Source: Capsulimonadaceae bacterium (lineage in GTDB: Bacteria; Armatimonadota; Armatimonadia; Armatimonadales; Capsulimonadaceae). Taken from it: DNA of 64,000 bases. The DNA is taken from positions 3,680,001 through 3,744,000 of the forward strand of contig OZ244065.1 of the NCBI GenBank assembly GCA_965215505.1, written 5' to 3'. Below are positions 1-9,083 of the stretch, piece by piece (the stretch's first letter is position 1; each line of letters begins with the position of its first letter). Both the position numbers and the translations under genes were made by a program. A model generated the notes under the pieces. It searched no databases. It saw only the letters and a list, made by a program, of their open reading frames with translations, and was not told the DNA's origin.

Positions 1-2
1 CC

Positions 3-1097
3 TTTGCCCTCGTCTTCCTCACCCCCGGTATTCTATCCACGTCTCCTGGGGAGGCCGCAACACGGTTAGCAGAGATCGGGTCCCTGTCTTCCTTCGTCGC
101 ACTCGTGACGTTCCTTCAGCAGAACCTGTCGGGTACCGCACTTTCAGATCTGGCCCAGAACACGATCCTGGATGGTCTTAAGGCAAACTGCATCAATGAC
201 TGGGTTAACAGCCAGTTACATGCCTCTGTCATCAGTCCTACGAAGCCACACACCGCTGCCACACAAGCTCATTTCGACGCGACCTATGGCCCCGGCTTCG
301 GCTCAGGCAATACATCCCCCGTTATTCTGACCAACGGCGCCTGGCGGTTTGTCAGCGTCGTTCGACAGGAATTCGATCCGGCCAGTGTGTTGCTAATCCC
401 GCCGGACACGTCTAAGGCTACCCTTTCGCACGGTGACAGTACCCTGGGCGGTGCGACCGCCCTGACGTGGGGATCGGTCTTTACTGCCACCGCTGGCGCA
501 CCCGGCAAAGATACGGGACAGGCTGATCTGTCAAACCCGCATGTCGCCTCCCTAAAATATTGGGCATACGGTCCAGGCCGACAGTCGCTCTCCGATCCCG
601 ATGCCCCCAGCACACAGTACTTCGAAACCAATAGAGTGGGCTTTTACACCTTTTGGTATTACGTTATGTCTCCGTTCTTAGACATTGTCGTAGGTGGATT
701 GGGGATTTTTGCCAAGGGCGTTACCTTGCTAAAGGCTACTGCCGATGGAACAGGGGTCGTCTGGGGAGTCGCCGGAAACACCCTGAATTCTGCGGGTCTA
801 CTTTCAGCCTTGAGCGAGGGCAACCGTGGTGACGCAGTGGCAGCAGGAGTGGACCTGGGGCTTGGCTGTCTCGGGCTGCTCGACACCATCCTCGGCGTCC
901 TTGTCGAGGCCGAGGCGCTTGGCGCAGTCGGACTTGTTGCCTCGGAGGTTATTGGGGCTATCGCATTGTTTGCGGGAGTCCTCGCTGCGGCGTTTAGTGC
1001 CGCGAACCTTTCTATAGCCGTCGCGCAATGGCTGCTCTTACCCCAGGTCGCCAGTGTCGAATTGCCGTTAAGCAAAGGCACCATTACGGTCGGCTGA
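3..1097 (+). CDS. Hypothetical protein, 5' end outside the window; Gly/Ala-rich hydrophobic C-terminal helices
   Basis: Frame is open from position 3 to TGA at 1095-1097; the last ~140 aa are hydrophobic and GxxxG-rich. Confidence 0.7.
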   Translation, partial: FALVFLTPGILSTSPGEAATRLAEIGSLSSFVALVTFLQQNLSGTALSDLAQNTILDGLKANCINDWVNSQLHASVISPTKPHTAATQAHFDATYGPGFGSGNTSPVILTNGAWRFVSVVRQEFDPASVLLIPPDTSKATLSHGDSTLGGATALTWGSVFTATAGAPGKDTGQADLSNPHVASLKYWAYGPGRQSLSDPDAPSTQYFETNRVGFYTFWYYVMSPFLDIVVGGLGIFAKGVTLLKATADGTGVVWGVAGNTLNSAGLLSALSEGNRGDAVAAGVDLGLGCLGLLDTILGVLVEAEALGAVGLVASEVIGAIALFAGVLAAAFSAANLSIAVAQWLLLPQVASVELPLSKGTITVG

Positions 1098-1131
1098 CTA
1101 TCCCGCGCTATCCCCAGGAGTATGCGTAGCA

Positions 1132-2559
1132 ATGACCACACGAAATCAAGCAAGCAATATCAGTCGGCGCGCGTTTCTGCGCGCCCTCTCCGGCGGCGCG
1201 TTCGTCCTTGCCTCCGGCAGCCTGCTCGCCGGCTGTGGCGGTGCGGGCAACAGCTCCGGCTCCACGGGGAAGGCGGGGGCCGCCCCGAGCGGCACGACAG
1301 CCCCCGGCGGCACGACAGCCCCGCCGGCCATCACAGGCTCGGCCCGCGCCACCGTCCACATCACCTGGCCGAAGCCTAAAACCGCCGGCTCCGTCCGATC
1401 CCGCCTGATCCCGGCCGCCTCCAATGCCATTAAGATCGACATCAAGAATGGCGCGACGCCGGTCGCCAGCGCAGTCATCGCCACGCCCAGCCCATCCCAC
1501 ACCTTCGACGCCCTACCCGTCGGCAGCCTCACCGTCATCTGCACGGCCTACCCCGACGCCACCGCTGCGGGCGTCGCCCAGGCCACCGGCGTGGGCACCC
1601 TAGTGACGCAGGCCGGGCAGACGGCGACGCTGACGGTGACGATGGACAGCACCGTAGACCACCTTTCCATCGCGCCGGTCACCGCGCCGGTCAGCGTCGG
1701 GGCCACCACGCAGCTTGCCGTCACCGCCTACGATGCCTCCGGGGCCATCGTCCTAGTTTCGCCATCCAAGTTCAAGTGGAGTTCGGACACGCCCTCCGTG
1801 GCGACGGTGGACGGCAGCGGCGTTGTAACGGGAATAGCGAATGGGACCGCCGGCATCATCGTCACGGACACGGATACCGACGCCGAATCGCAGAAGACCA
1901 GCCCCCCGGTCATCATCGCGGTGACTGACGCGAACAGCCTGGCAGGGACCTGGGTCGCCTGGTACGGCGACAACTCCGTTGGCAACCCACCCGGCGGTAT
2001 CCAGCTGTCCTTGTCCGAAGACAAGGACGGCAACGTCAGTGGTTCCGTTCTGTTCAATCACGCCATCGAGTCCCTCGAAGTGTCCGGAAAGCGCACCGGT
2101 TCGTCGTTCCAATTTCAGACACTTCCTCACGCTTCCGGCCCCGGCCAGGTTACCACATTCACCGGCGCGGTCTCCGCCGGAGGGCTTAGCGCCAGCGGCA
2201 CCGTGGCAGGCAGCGGAGGCGCCCTTGGCAATCAAACCGTGCCGTTGAACATGGTCCGCGATGGTCAGCCCGTCTTAGTCGTCCTGCAATGGCAGGGGGG
2301 CGGAGCCAGCGGCACTGTCACTCTGGCGGCCTCTGACGGAACCCCAGTGGCAGGCAGCGGAAGCATTACGGATGGCAAAGGGGAACTGACAACGTCCCTG
2401 CCGTCGGGCGATTATCGGGTCATCCTGAATTACACGTCTGACCGGGATTTTGGGTTTTCGACGAATGCCAGCGGCACGGTCGCTTTGACGCCGGACGACG
2501 GATACTTTCGGGGTTCGGCTGGTTCGGGCACGGACAGCATTGACATGAGGGTCGATTAA
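1132..2559 (+). CDS. Tat-exported lipoprotein with an Ig-like (Big_2-type) domain
   Basis: SRRAFL twin-Arg motif, LAGC lipobox, GTTAP linker repeat, WSSDTPSVATVDGSGVVTG Big_2-like motif, AGGAG upstream. Confidence 0.8.
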   Translation: MTTRNQASNISRRAFLRALSGGAFVLASGSLLAGCGGAGNSSGSTGKAGAAPSGTTAPGGTTAPPAITGSARATVHITWPKPKTAGSVRSRLIPAASNAIKIDIKNGATPVASAVIATPSPSHTFDALPVGSLTVICTAYPDATAAGVAQATGVGTLVTQAGQTATLTVTMDSTVDHLSIAPVTAPVSVGATTQLAVTAYDASGAIVLVSPSKFKWSSDTPSVATVDGSGVVTGIANGTAGIIVTDTDTDAESQKTSPPVIIAVTDANSLAGTWVAWYGDNSVGNPPGGIQLSLSEDKDGNVSGSVLFNHAIESLEVSGKRTGSSFQFQTLPHASGPGQVTTFTGAVSAGGLSASGTVAGSGGALGNQTVPLNMVRDGQPVLVVLQWQGGGASGTVTLAASDGTPVAGSGSITDGKGELTTSLPSGDYRVILNYTSDRDFGFSTNASGTVALTPDDGYFRGSAGSGTDSIDMRVD

Positions 2560-2673
2560 CGCGCCGGCGAGCGCCGTGACGTGTTCTACTCATAATCAAG
2601 GCATGCTTCTGAGGTGTTGCTGACGCATCTGAATAGCGGCAGCACAGCTCGTGCAGAGAGGAGAATAAAGTTT

Positions 2674-3315
2674 ATGTTCGGCAGCAGAAAACAGCGAGAC
2701 GACCAGCCAAGTCGCTTTCGATGCACATTCGGAGGTCTCCTGGTGATAGTGATCTGCGCGGCACTGATTTCGGCCGGCTGCGGAGGCGGGGGGGGAAGCA
2801 GCAGTAGCAGCGGCAGCAGCAACGGCACCATCGCGGCACCCACGGCTGCTGATCTCGTGGGGCACTGGATTCAAACGAGTATCGCCGGCTCGGGTCCCTT
2901 CGTGCAGGATAGTTCCCCTTGTCCCGGCAGCGTTCTTGGCGTGGCAAGCTGCGGCAGCAACGACAACATCCAGTTCAACAGCGATGGGACCTTCGTTCAT
3001 CAATTTGCGGACCGCACTGCCGGCTCCAAGAGCATCGAGATCGAACGCGGCACCTTTGTTTCCAGCGCGGACCCCGCCGAGAGCAGCGACAGCCTGTTGA
3101 CGCTCAACGTGACAGCCGGCGGTGCAGATACGAATGGCAATGGGATACTGGATGCCTCAGAAGTATCACCGAACTCGGCACATGTCACTTCGGGAAGTGT
3201 CACCATTGAGAACAGCGTGCTCCAGTTTGATTTCAGCCAAACGATCTTTCCGCCGGGAGGTATCAGTGAAACCGGCATCCCATTCACGGAATTCGATGAG
3301 TACAAGAAGCAGTAG
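2674..3315 (+). CDS. Lipoprotein, possibly a lipocalin-like beta-barrel
   Basis: ISAGC lipobox followed by Gly/Ser linker; LVGHW motif; DTNGNGILDASE Ca-binding-like loop; start uncertain. Confidence 0.7.
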   Translation: MFGSRKQRDDQPSRFRCTFGGLLVIVICAALISAGCGGGGGSSSSSGSSNGTIAAPTAADLVGHWIQTSIAGSGPFVQDSSPCPGSVLGVASCGSNDNIQFNSDGTFVHQFADRTAGSKSIEIERGTFVSSADPAESSDSLLTLNVTAGGADTNGNGILDASEVSPNSAHVTSGSVTIENSVLQFDFSQTIFPPGGISETGIPFTEFDEYKKQ

Positions 3316-3350
3316 AAGGACGACACGAAACAGAGCGGAAGCCCTGCAAG

Positions 3351-3474
3351 CGCCCCGCACTACCCCCGCCGCCGCACTGGCTACTGTCCTAATAACGGAG
3401 CAACCGCACCCGACCGAGACGCGGAGGGCAGGCAGTCAAGCCTGTATATCTCGTCCTTCAGAAAGGATCACTCT
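3351..3474 (+). promoter_or_regulatory. Conserved leader upstream of PEP-CTERM gene 1
   Basis: cgYcccgcacKacccccgccgccgcactggctac...cggagggcaggca...tccttc...agaaagg is shared with 4301-4399. Confidence 0.5.
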
Positions 3475-4146
3475 ATGCATCATCGATTACAACTCTGGAC
3501 GCTCTCAGCCCTGTCCGCCCTCTGTCTAGTTGCCGCCGGGCCGGCTCAGGCGCAGACCACGATCAATTTCGACAGCCTCACGGCAGGAGCACTGGCTAGC
3601 GGTGGCCTGGAGATCGTCGGGCCGACCTATTCCAGTCAGGGCTTCACCCTCACCCCCAAAACCGCCACCATCGGCGGGAAAAACCAATTCGACGCACTCG
3701 CCGGTAGCGACCCGACCTATGGAGACGGGGAGACCTCCCTATACACCGACGGCTCCACCACGCTGACCAAGGACGGAGGCGGGACATTCACCTTCAGTGG
3801 CATTGACCTGGGCCTCGTCCCCATTTTCGCCGGCAGGAAGGCGACCGCCCAGGTGATCTTCACCGGGACCAAAGCAGACAGCACCATAGTCACAGTGACA
3901 GACACCCTTTCCATCACCTCCGGCTACCAGACCTTTACGAATTTCGCAGGCTTCACGAACCTGACCTCACTTGTGTTTGCTCCCACGGCTGCGGGATCTA
4001 ATAACCCGCCCGAGTTCGACAACATCAAACTGGATCAGCCTGCCCCGGTCCCCGAGGCCTCCACGACGGCCTCCTTCGGCCTCCTGCTGGCTCTGGGGAT
4101 GGGTGGCCTCGTAATCGCCGTCAAGCGCAAGAAGGCCGTGGCCTGA
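3475..4146 (+). CDS. PEP-CTERM exosortase-sorted surface protein
   Basis: Signal peptide (AQA-QT), C-terminal VPEASTT + TM helix + KRKK; AGAAAGGA RBS. Confidence 0.9.
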   Translation: MHHRLQLWTLSALSALCLVAAGPAQAQTTINFDSLTAGALASGGLEIVGPTYSSQGFTLTPKTATIGGKNQFDALAGSDPTYGDGETSLYTDGSTTLTKDGGGTFTFSGIDLGLVPIFAGRKATAQVIFTGTKADSTIVTVTDTLSITSGYQTFTNFAGFTNLTSLVFAPTAAGSNNPPEFDNIKLDQPAPVPEASTTASFGLLLALGMGGLVIAVKRKKAVA

Positions 4147-4300
4147 CACGACAGGCGCGGGTGAGTGATCTCCTCCGCACCGTCTTGCGTCTCTGGGAGC
4201 GGCCCGTACCTGGCGCGGGGGCGATCCGACTCTCAGAGTTTTGAATCTCTATGCCTGATAGGAATACTTGGTATTGTTTATGCAGGCAAAAAAATACCGG

Positions 4301-4399
4301 CGTCCCGCACGACCCCCGCCGCCGCACTGGCTACCCGGAGGGCAGGCACTCGGGCCATTTCTTATCCTTCTTTCACCGTTTCACAGAAAGGTACACACC
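4301..4399 (+). promoter_or_regulatory. Conserved leader upstream of PEP-CTERM gene 2
   Basis: Second, shorter copy of the 3351 motif. Confidence 0.5.
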
Positions 4400-5002
4400 A
4401 TGCAGAAGACCCGCCACACAACCCCGCGACCCGCCACACTGATCGCTCTGGCCCTCGCCGCCGGCTTGGCCGCACTCCTCCACGCCCCCGCCCACGCCCA
4501 GGACCTCAACGGCCAGCCCGTCAATGTGGCCCTTGAGAGTTCGAAAACGCCCGTCCCCAGTGGTGCCGGCACACAGACCATCATCACCTCCGGCAACACG
4601 TTCACAAATGGTTTCGGCGTCTTTACTTTCGTCACGCCGGCGCAGATTAAGTTCTCCGCGGCACCGGGCGTCTTTTCCGCCGGCTTTTCCGGCATCGGCT
4701 TTTTCGGCAACGTCGTCTCGGAGGAAGGCGCCTCCCCGAGCACCATCTCCGGCGTCACGCTTGACCCCGCTTCCACGGTGGCCGGCTTCACCACCAGCAA
4801 CATCAGCTTTGACGCCAAGGACGTATTCGCCGACTTCAACGGCATCACTTTCCGGCAAGGCCAGAACGTGACGCTCAACCTGAGCTTCGCGCCCGCCGCC
4901 GTCCCCGAACCCTCCCCGACCCTCACGTTCGCCGTGGCGGGCCTGGGCCTCGGCGGCCTGGTGGTCGTGGCGCGGCGCAGGAAGGGCGTCAGGCCTGCCT
5001 AG
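4400..5002 (+). CDS. PEP-CTERM exosortase-sorted surface protein
   Basis: ATG at 4400 after AGAAAGG; signal peptide AHA-QD; VPEPS + TM helix + RRRK. Confidence 0.9.
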   Translation: MQKTRHTTPRPATLIALALAAGLAALLHAPAHAQDLNGQPVNVALESSKTPVPSGAGTQTIITSGNTFTNGFGVFTFVTPAQIKFSAAPGVFSAGFSGIGFFGNVVSEEGASPSTISGVTLDPASTVAGFTTSNISFDAKDVFADFNGITFRQGQNVTLNLSFAPAAVPEPSPTLTFAVAGLGLGGLVVVARRRKGVRPA

Positions 5003-5012
5003 CTCGCCCCCT

Positions 5013-5975
5013 CTAGTCCGCCTCCGCCCGGCGGCACAGGTCCCGCGCGGCCTCGGGCCAGGCCGGGAACTCGAAGGTGAAGCCTGCTTCGAGGAGGCGG
5101 CGCGGGACGACGTAGCGGCTCTTCAGGATCAGCTCCGTCTCGGTCCCCAAAGCCCGCGCGCTGATCTCCAGCATCCAGGCCGTCGCGGGTAGGCCCGCCG
5201 ACACATTGGCCGCGTCCCGCAGGGCGCGCAGGAAGGCGGCGTTCGGGAGAGGGTTCGGGGCGGCGAGGATGACCGGCCCGGCCAGAGTGTCGCCTTTCTG
5301 CCCGTCGGCGTCTATCAGGAAGCGGACGGCGCGCACGAAGTCGTCGCCGTGCATCCAGGAGACGAACTGCCGCCCGTCCCCTTCCGTCCCGCCCAGCCCG
5401 CGCCGGACCAGGCCCAGCAGGGTGTCGAAAGCCCCGCCCTTGTCCGCGCTCATCACGATGGAGGTCCGCAGGGCCGTCTTGCGCGTATGGGGCGTCGCGG
5501 CCCGCTCGAACTCCGCCTCCCACTGCCGGGCGACCTCCAGGCTGAACCGCCAGGTGTCCGGAAGATTCGGCTCCGCGCCGCCGAGGACGCCCGAAACGTC
5601 GTCGTTGGGCGCGTCATAACGATGGCTGTAGATCGTCGCCGTGCCCGCCTGGAGCCAGACGCGCGGCGGGCTGGGTGCCTCCGCGATGGCCGCCCCGACG
5701 GCGCGCGTTGACAGGACGCGCGAGTCTATGATGACCCTGCGGTTCTCGGGCGTGTACCGGCAGTTGACGCTGCGCCCGGCCAGGTTGATCACCGCGTCCG
5801 CCCCGTCCACCTCGCTCGCCCATTCGCCCGCCGTCTCGGCGTCCCAGGCCGCGACCCGCCAGGGAGCCGGCCGGGGCGTCCGGCTCAGGACGACCACTTC
5901 GTGCCCCTCGGCGTGGAACGCGCGGGCCAAAAGCGTCCCGGTCTGCCCGGTGCCGCCGGGGATGACGATCTTCAT
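5013..5975 (-). CDS. TIGR01777-family NAD-dependent epimerase/oxidoreductase (DUF1731 C-terminus)
   Basis: MKIVIPGGTG Rossmann motif, INLAGRSV, SRYVVPRRLLEAGFTFEFP. Confidence 0.9.
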   Translation of the reverse strand: MKIVIPGGTGQTGTLLARAFHAEGHEVVVLSRTPRPAPWRVAAWDAETAGEWASEVDGADAVINLAGRSVNCRYTPENRRVIIDSRVLSTRAVGAAIAEAPSPPRVWLQAGTATIYSHRYDAPNDDVSGVLGGAEPNLPDTWRFSLEVARQWEAEFERAATPHTRKTALRTSIVMSADKGGAFDTLLGLVRRGLGGTEGDGRQFVSWMHGDDFVRAVRFLIDADGQKGDTLAGPVILAAPNPLPNAAFLRALRDAANVSAGLPATAWMLEISARALGTETELILKSRYVVPRRLLEAGFTFEFPAWPEAARDLCRRAEAD

Positions 5976-6021
5976 GGTGTGTTTCTCCTGGTCTTACCAA
6001 GGTTGGAGGATCGGTGGCCGC

Positions 6022-6048
6022 TAAAGATCGCCCCCGTCCTGCCGACAA
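6022..6048 (+). promoter_or_regulatory. Sigma28 (FliA)-type promoter
   Basis: TAAA-N15-GCCGACAA, 20 nt before ATG 6069. Confidence 0.65.
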
Positions 6049-6068
6049 TGGCATGTGGAATGCCTTCA

Positions 6069-8321
6069 ATGAAACGCGACACACGCCGGCGGGTCCGCGC
6101 GCTCGTCCTGCTCCGCCGTCCGGCCCGCTGGGCGCGGTCCGACCGGGAGACCTGCCGCCGCCTGCTGCTGATCGCGGCCTCGACCGGCCTCTTCCTCCTG
6201 TGCCTGATTCTTAAGCCGGGCGGCCTCAAGGTCACCGACGAGGTGAGCAGCCTCGCCGACATCGCGCTCGGCCTGCTGGGCGCGTGGTGGTGCTTCGCCG
6301 CCGCCCTGTCCCGAAGCCCGGACGGTGCCGGGCGGCCCGGACTCGCGCGGCGGGTGACGCTCTCGCTGCTCGGCCTGGGCGTGTTCGCCTCCGTGCTGGG
6401 CGACGCCGTCTGGTCCTACAACGAGACCCTGCTGCGCCGCGTGATGCCGTTCCCCTCCTGGGCCGACGCCTGCTACCTGTCCCAGTACCCGCTGCTGCTG
6501 CTGGGCATCCTGCGCCTGCCGACGCGGCGGCTGCCGCCGGCCCTGCGCTGGCGGGTCGTCCTGGACAGCCTCATCACGTTGACGGCCCTGGTCACCCTCT
6601 CCTGGTACTTCGTCCTGGGGCCGACCGTCCTGGGCGGGACGGAGTCCGGGGTCAACAAGCTCCTGGCGGCGGCCTTCCCCGTGGGCGACCTGGTCCTGCT
6701 GGTTTCGCTGCTCCTGGTCATGGCGCAGAGCCGCGACAGCGTCCCCCGGCCCGCCGTGGCGGCTCTCTCCGTCGGCCTGCTGTGCATCATCACGGCGGAC
6801 ACCACTTTCCTCTACCAGATGCTGAAGGGCACCTACACTCCGGGCGGCCTGGTGGGCGTGTGCGGGCCGCTGGCCTATCTGACCCTCGGGCTGGGGGCCT
6901 GGCTCTCGCGCCGGGCGCGGGCCGGGGCGGGCGACGAGCGCCCCGCCGTGCCGCTGCTCTGGCGGTCGCTGCTGCCCTACGCGCTCGTGCCCGCCGTCGG
7001 CGTCCTCTCGGTCTATACCCGGATGCACCGGGGCGGCGGGATGCACCGGGGCGACGAGGCCCTGGAACTCGGCGTCTTCGTCGGGGCGGCCCTGCTGGTC
7101 GCCCTGGTGGTGACGCGGCAGGCCGTCGCCATCAGCCGCCTGATCGCAGACCTCCGGGAGCGCATCGCCGAGTCGGAGGCGGCGCGGCACCACCTGACCG
7201 CCCTGGCCGAGCAGGATGGACTGACCGGCCTGCTGAACCACCGCGTCTTCCACAAGCGGCTGGAGGAGGAGGCGGGCCGGGCGCAAAGCTCGGGCCGGCC
7301 CCTGACGGTCGCGCTCGTGGACCTGGACAACTTCAAGTTCTTCAACGACGCCTACGGGCACCTCGCCGGGGACGACGTGCTGCGGCAGGTCGCCGCCGCC
7401 CTGCTGTCCTGCTGCCGGGCGGGGGACACGCTGGCCCGGTTCGGCGGCGACGAGTTCGCCCTGCTGCTGCCGGGCGCGGGGCGGGAGGAGGCGGGGCGGC
7501 TGGCCGCTCGCCTCCAGGCCCGCCTGGACGGGCTGGCCTACCGCCCGCCGGACCACGACGTCGCCATCCCGCTGCGGCTCTCGGTCGGGACCGCCGTCTT
7601 CCCCGAGGAGGGCGCGGGCCGCATGGAGGCGCTGGCCCTCGCCGACGCCCGCCTGTACCGGGCCAAGACGGGCGGGGGCGACGACGACACGGCCCAGCGC
7701 CTGCGCGCCGACCTGTCCCTCTCCGTCGAGGGCTTCTCCATGCTGGACGCCCTGGTGGCCGCCGTGGACAATAAGGACCGCTACACCGGCAAGCACTCCG
7801 AGGACGTCCTGACCTTCAGCCTCCAGATCGCCGGGGCATTAGGCATGGACGAGGAGGCGCGGCACACGGTCGCGGTCGCCGCCCTGCTGCACGACGTCGG
7901 CAAGATCGGCGTCCCCGACAAGATCCTCCGCAAGCCGGGCCGGCTGACGGGCGAGGAGAACACCGCCATCCGGCACCACCCGACCATGGGGGCCATCCTC
8001 GTCGGGGCCGTGCCCGGCTTCGAGGACGTGCTGGAAGCCGTCCGCCACCACCACGAGCGGTGGGACGGCGCGGGCTACCCGTTCGGCCTGCGCGGTGAGG
8101 AGACGCCGCTGATCGCCCGCCTGATGGCCGTCGCCGACGCCTACAGCGCGATGACGACCGACCGCCCCTACCGCAAAGGCATGGCCGAGGAGAGCGCCCT
8201 GGCCGAGATCGAGCGCGGTGCCGGCTCTCAGTTTGACCCCGCTTTGGCCCGGCTCTTCGTCGCCGTGCGGCGTCCGGAAGTGCGAATGGAAGAGGCCGGC
8301 GTTCTGCTGAGAGCGGCCTGA
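6069..8321 (+). CDS. Membrane-bound diguanylate cyclase / HD-GYP phosphodiesterase
   Basis: Multi-TM N-terminus; RAGD I-site and GGDEF; HDVGK...HHERWDGAGYP. Confidence 0.92.
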   Translation: MKRDTRRRVRALVLLRRPARWARSDRETCRRLLLIAASTGLFLLCLILKPGGLKVTDEVSSLADIALGLLGAWWCFAAALSRSPDGAGRPGLARRVTLSLLGLGVFASVLGDAVWSYNETLLRRVMPFPSWADACYLSQYPLLLLGILRLPTRRLPPALRWRVVLDSLITLTALVTLSWYFVLGPTVLGGTESGVNKLLAAAFPVGDLVLLVSLLLVMAQSRDSVPRPAVAALSVGLLCIITADTTFLYQMLKGTYTPGGLVGVCGPLAYLTLGLGAWLSRRARAGAGDERPAVPLLWRSLLPYALVPAVGVLSVYTRMHRGGGMHRGDEALELGVFVGAALLVALVVTRQAVAISRLIADLRERIAESEAARHHLTALAEQDGLTGLLNHRVFHKRLEEEAGRAQSSGRPLTVALVDLDNFKFFNDAYGHLAGDDVLRQVAAALLSCCRAGDTLARFGGDEFALLLPGAGREEAGRLAARLQARLDGLAYRPPDHDVAIPLRLSVGTAVFPEEGAGRMEALALADARLYRAKTGGGDDDTAQRLRADLSLSVEGFSMLDALVAAVDNKDRYTGKHSEDVLTFSLQIAGALGMDEEARHTVAVAALLHDVGKIGVPDKILRKPGRLTGEENTAIRHHPTMGAILVGAVPGFEDVLEAVRHHHERWDGAGYPFGLRGEETPLIARLMAVADAYSAMTTDRPYRKGMAEESALAEIERGAGSQFDPALARLFVAVRRPEVRMEEAGVLLRAA

Positions 8322-8336
8322 CACACACAGTTTGGC

Positions 8337-8365
8337 TTGTATTTCAGTGCTTCATCTGGTATTAT
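8337..8365 (+). promoter_or_regulatory. Sigma70-type promoter, probably giving a leaderless mRNA
   Basis: TTGTAT-N17-TATTAT, 6 nt before GTG 8372. Confidence 0.55.
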
Positions 8366-8371
8366 CGCATC

Positions 8372-8554
8372 GTGCCAGACGAAATCCTGTTGACAGCTTG
8401 GGAAGCCGCCGCAGAACTGGGCGTTCATGTCGGCACAGTCCACAATGCGTTCCAGCAGAACCGCCTGCCGTCCGTCGCCCTCCACGGGCGCAAGCTGATC
8501 CGCCGTGCGGCCTCGGACGCCTACAAGCGGCGGACGAGGCCGCACGGCGAATGA
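8372..8554 (+). CDS. Excisionase-like helix-turn-helix protein (HTH_17/MerR-like)
   Basis: LLTAWEAAAELGVHVGTV...RLPSVALHGRKLIRR pattern; ATGA overlap with the next gene. Confidence 0.75.
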   Translation: MPDEILLTAWEAAAELGVHVGTVHNAFQQNRLPSVALHGRKLIRRAASDAYKRRTRPHGE

Positions 8555-9036
8555 GCAGTCTACTCCTGTATTCAACGAATGTGTTTCTGAAGCAGTTAAT
8601 TCAGGAAAGATACCGCGGTGACCTACATTATGTGTGGTGCAGTGACTGCTTCGACAGCACGAAGCTGGCCGGTTATACGGTGGGTGCATTAAACGCTCCA
8701 AGCTCCAACCCTGTTGAAATCTATCGGGATTTAAAGCGAGATGTCGAACGGGGCGATCTCCATAGCTCAAAGATATCGGAGCAGAAAACCTCTTTCAAAG
8801 CGTTGGCCGTGAAGTGGCAACAGGCTGGGGAGATCACCGTAGACCAGGAACAAGAGATCATCTTTATGGTGGACAGGGCTGGCTCCCACTTATGGCGTCC
8901 CTTGATCTACGTCATTCCCCGTTCCTTAGTAGAAAGCCGATTGCAGGTCGTGCCAATCGCTAAAAGGGCTTCATTCGCGGATGAGTTCATCATTCCCGAC
9001 CTGGCGCGGTCGGAATTTGATCTGATTGAGCCATAG
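8551..9036 (+). CDS. Hypothetical protein (161 aa), possible ADP-ribosyltransferase-like fold
   Basis: Translationally coupled to the HTH gene; AT-richer codons; motif order LLYST / YVWCS / LIYVIP / DEFII. Confidence 0.7.
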   Translation: MSSLLLYSTNVFLKQLIQERYRGDLHYVWCSDCFDSTKLAGYTVGALNAPSSNPVEIYRDLKRDVERGDLHSSKISEQKTSFKALAVKWQQAGEITVDQEQEIIFMVDRAGSHLWRPLIYVIPRSLVESRLQVVPIAKRASFADEFIIPDLARSEFDLIEP

Positions 9037-9083
9037 CTATCGAAGACGTGTCGCGGCCGTGGTGACTCAGAGGGTTTGAGATT

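Noticed and set aside
8332-8550. N-terminal extension of ORF 8332-9036
   Set aside because: Overlaps the HTH gene; ATG 8551 with ATGA coupling is the better start
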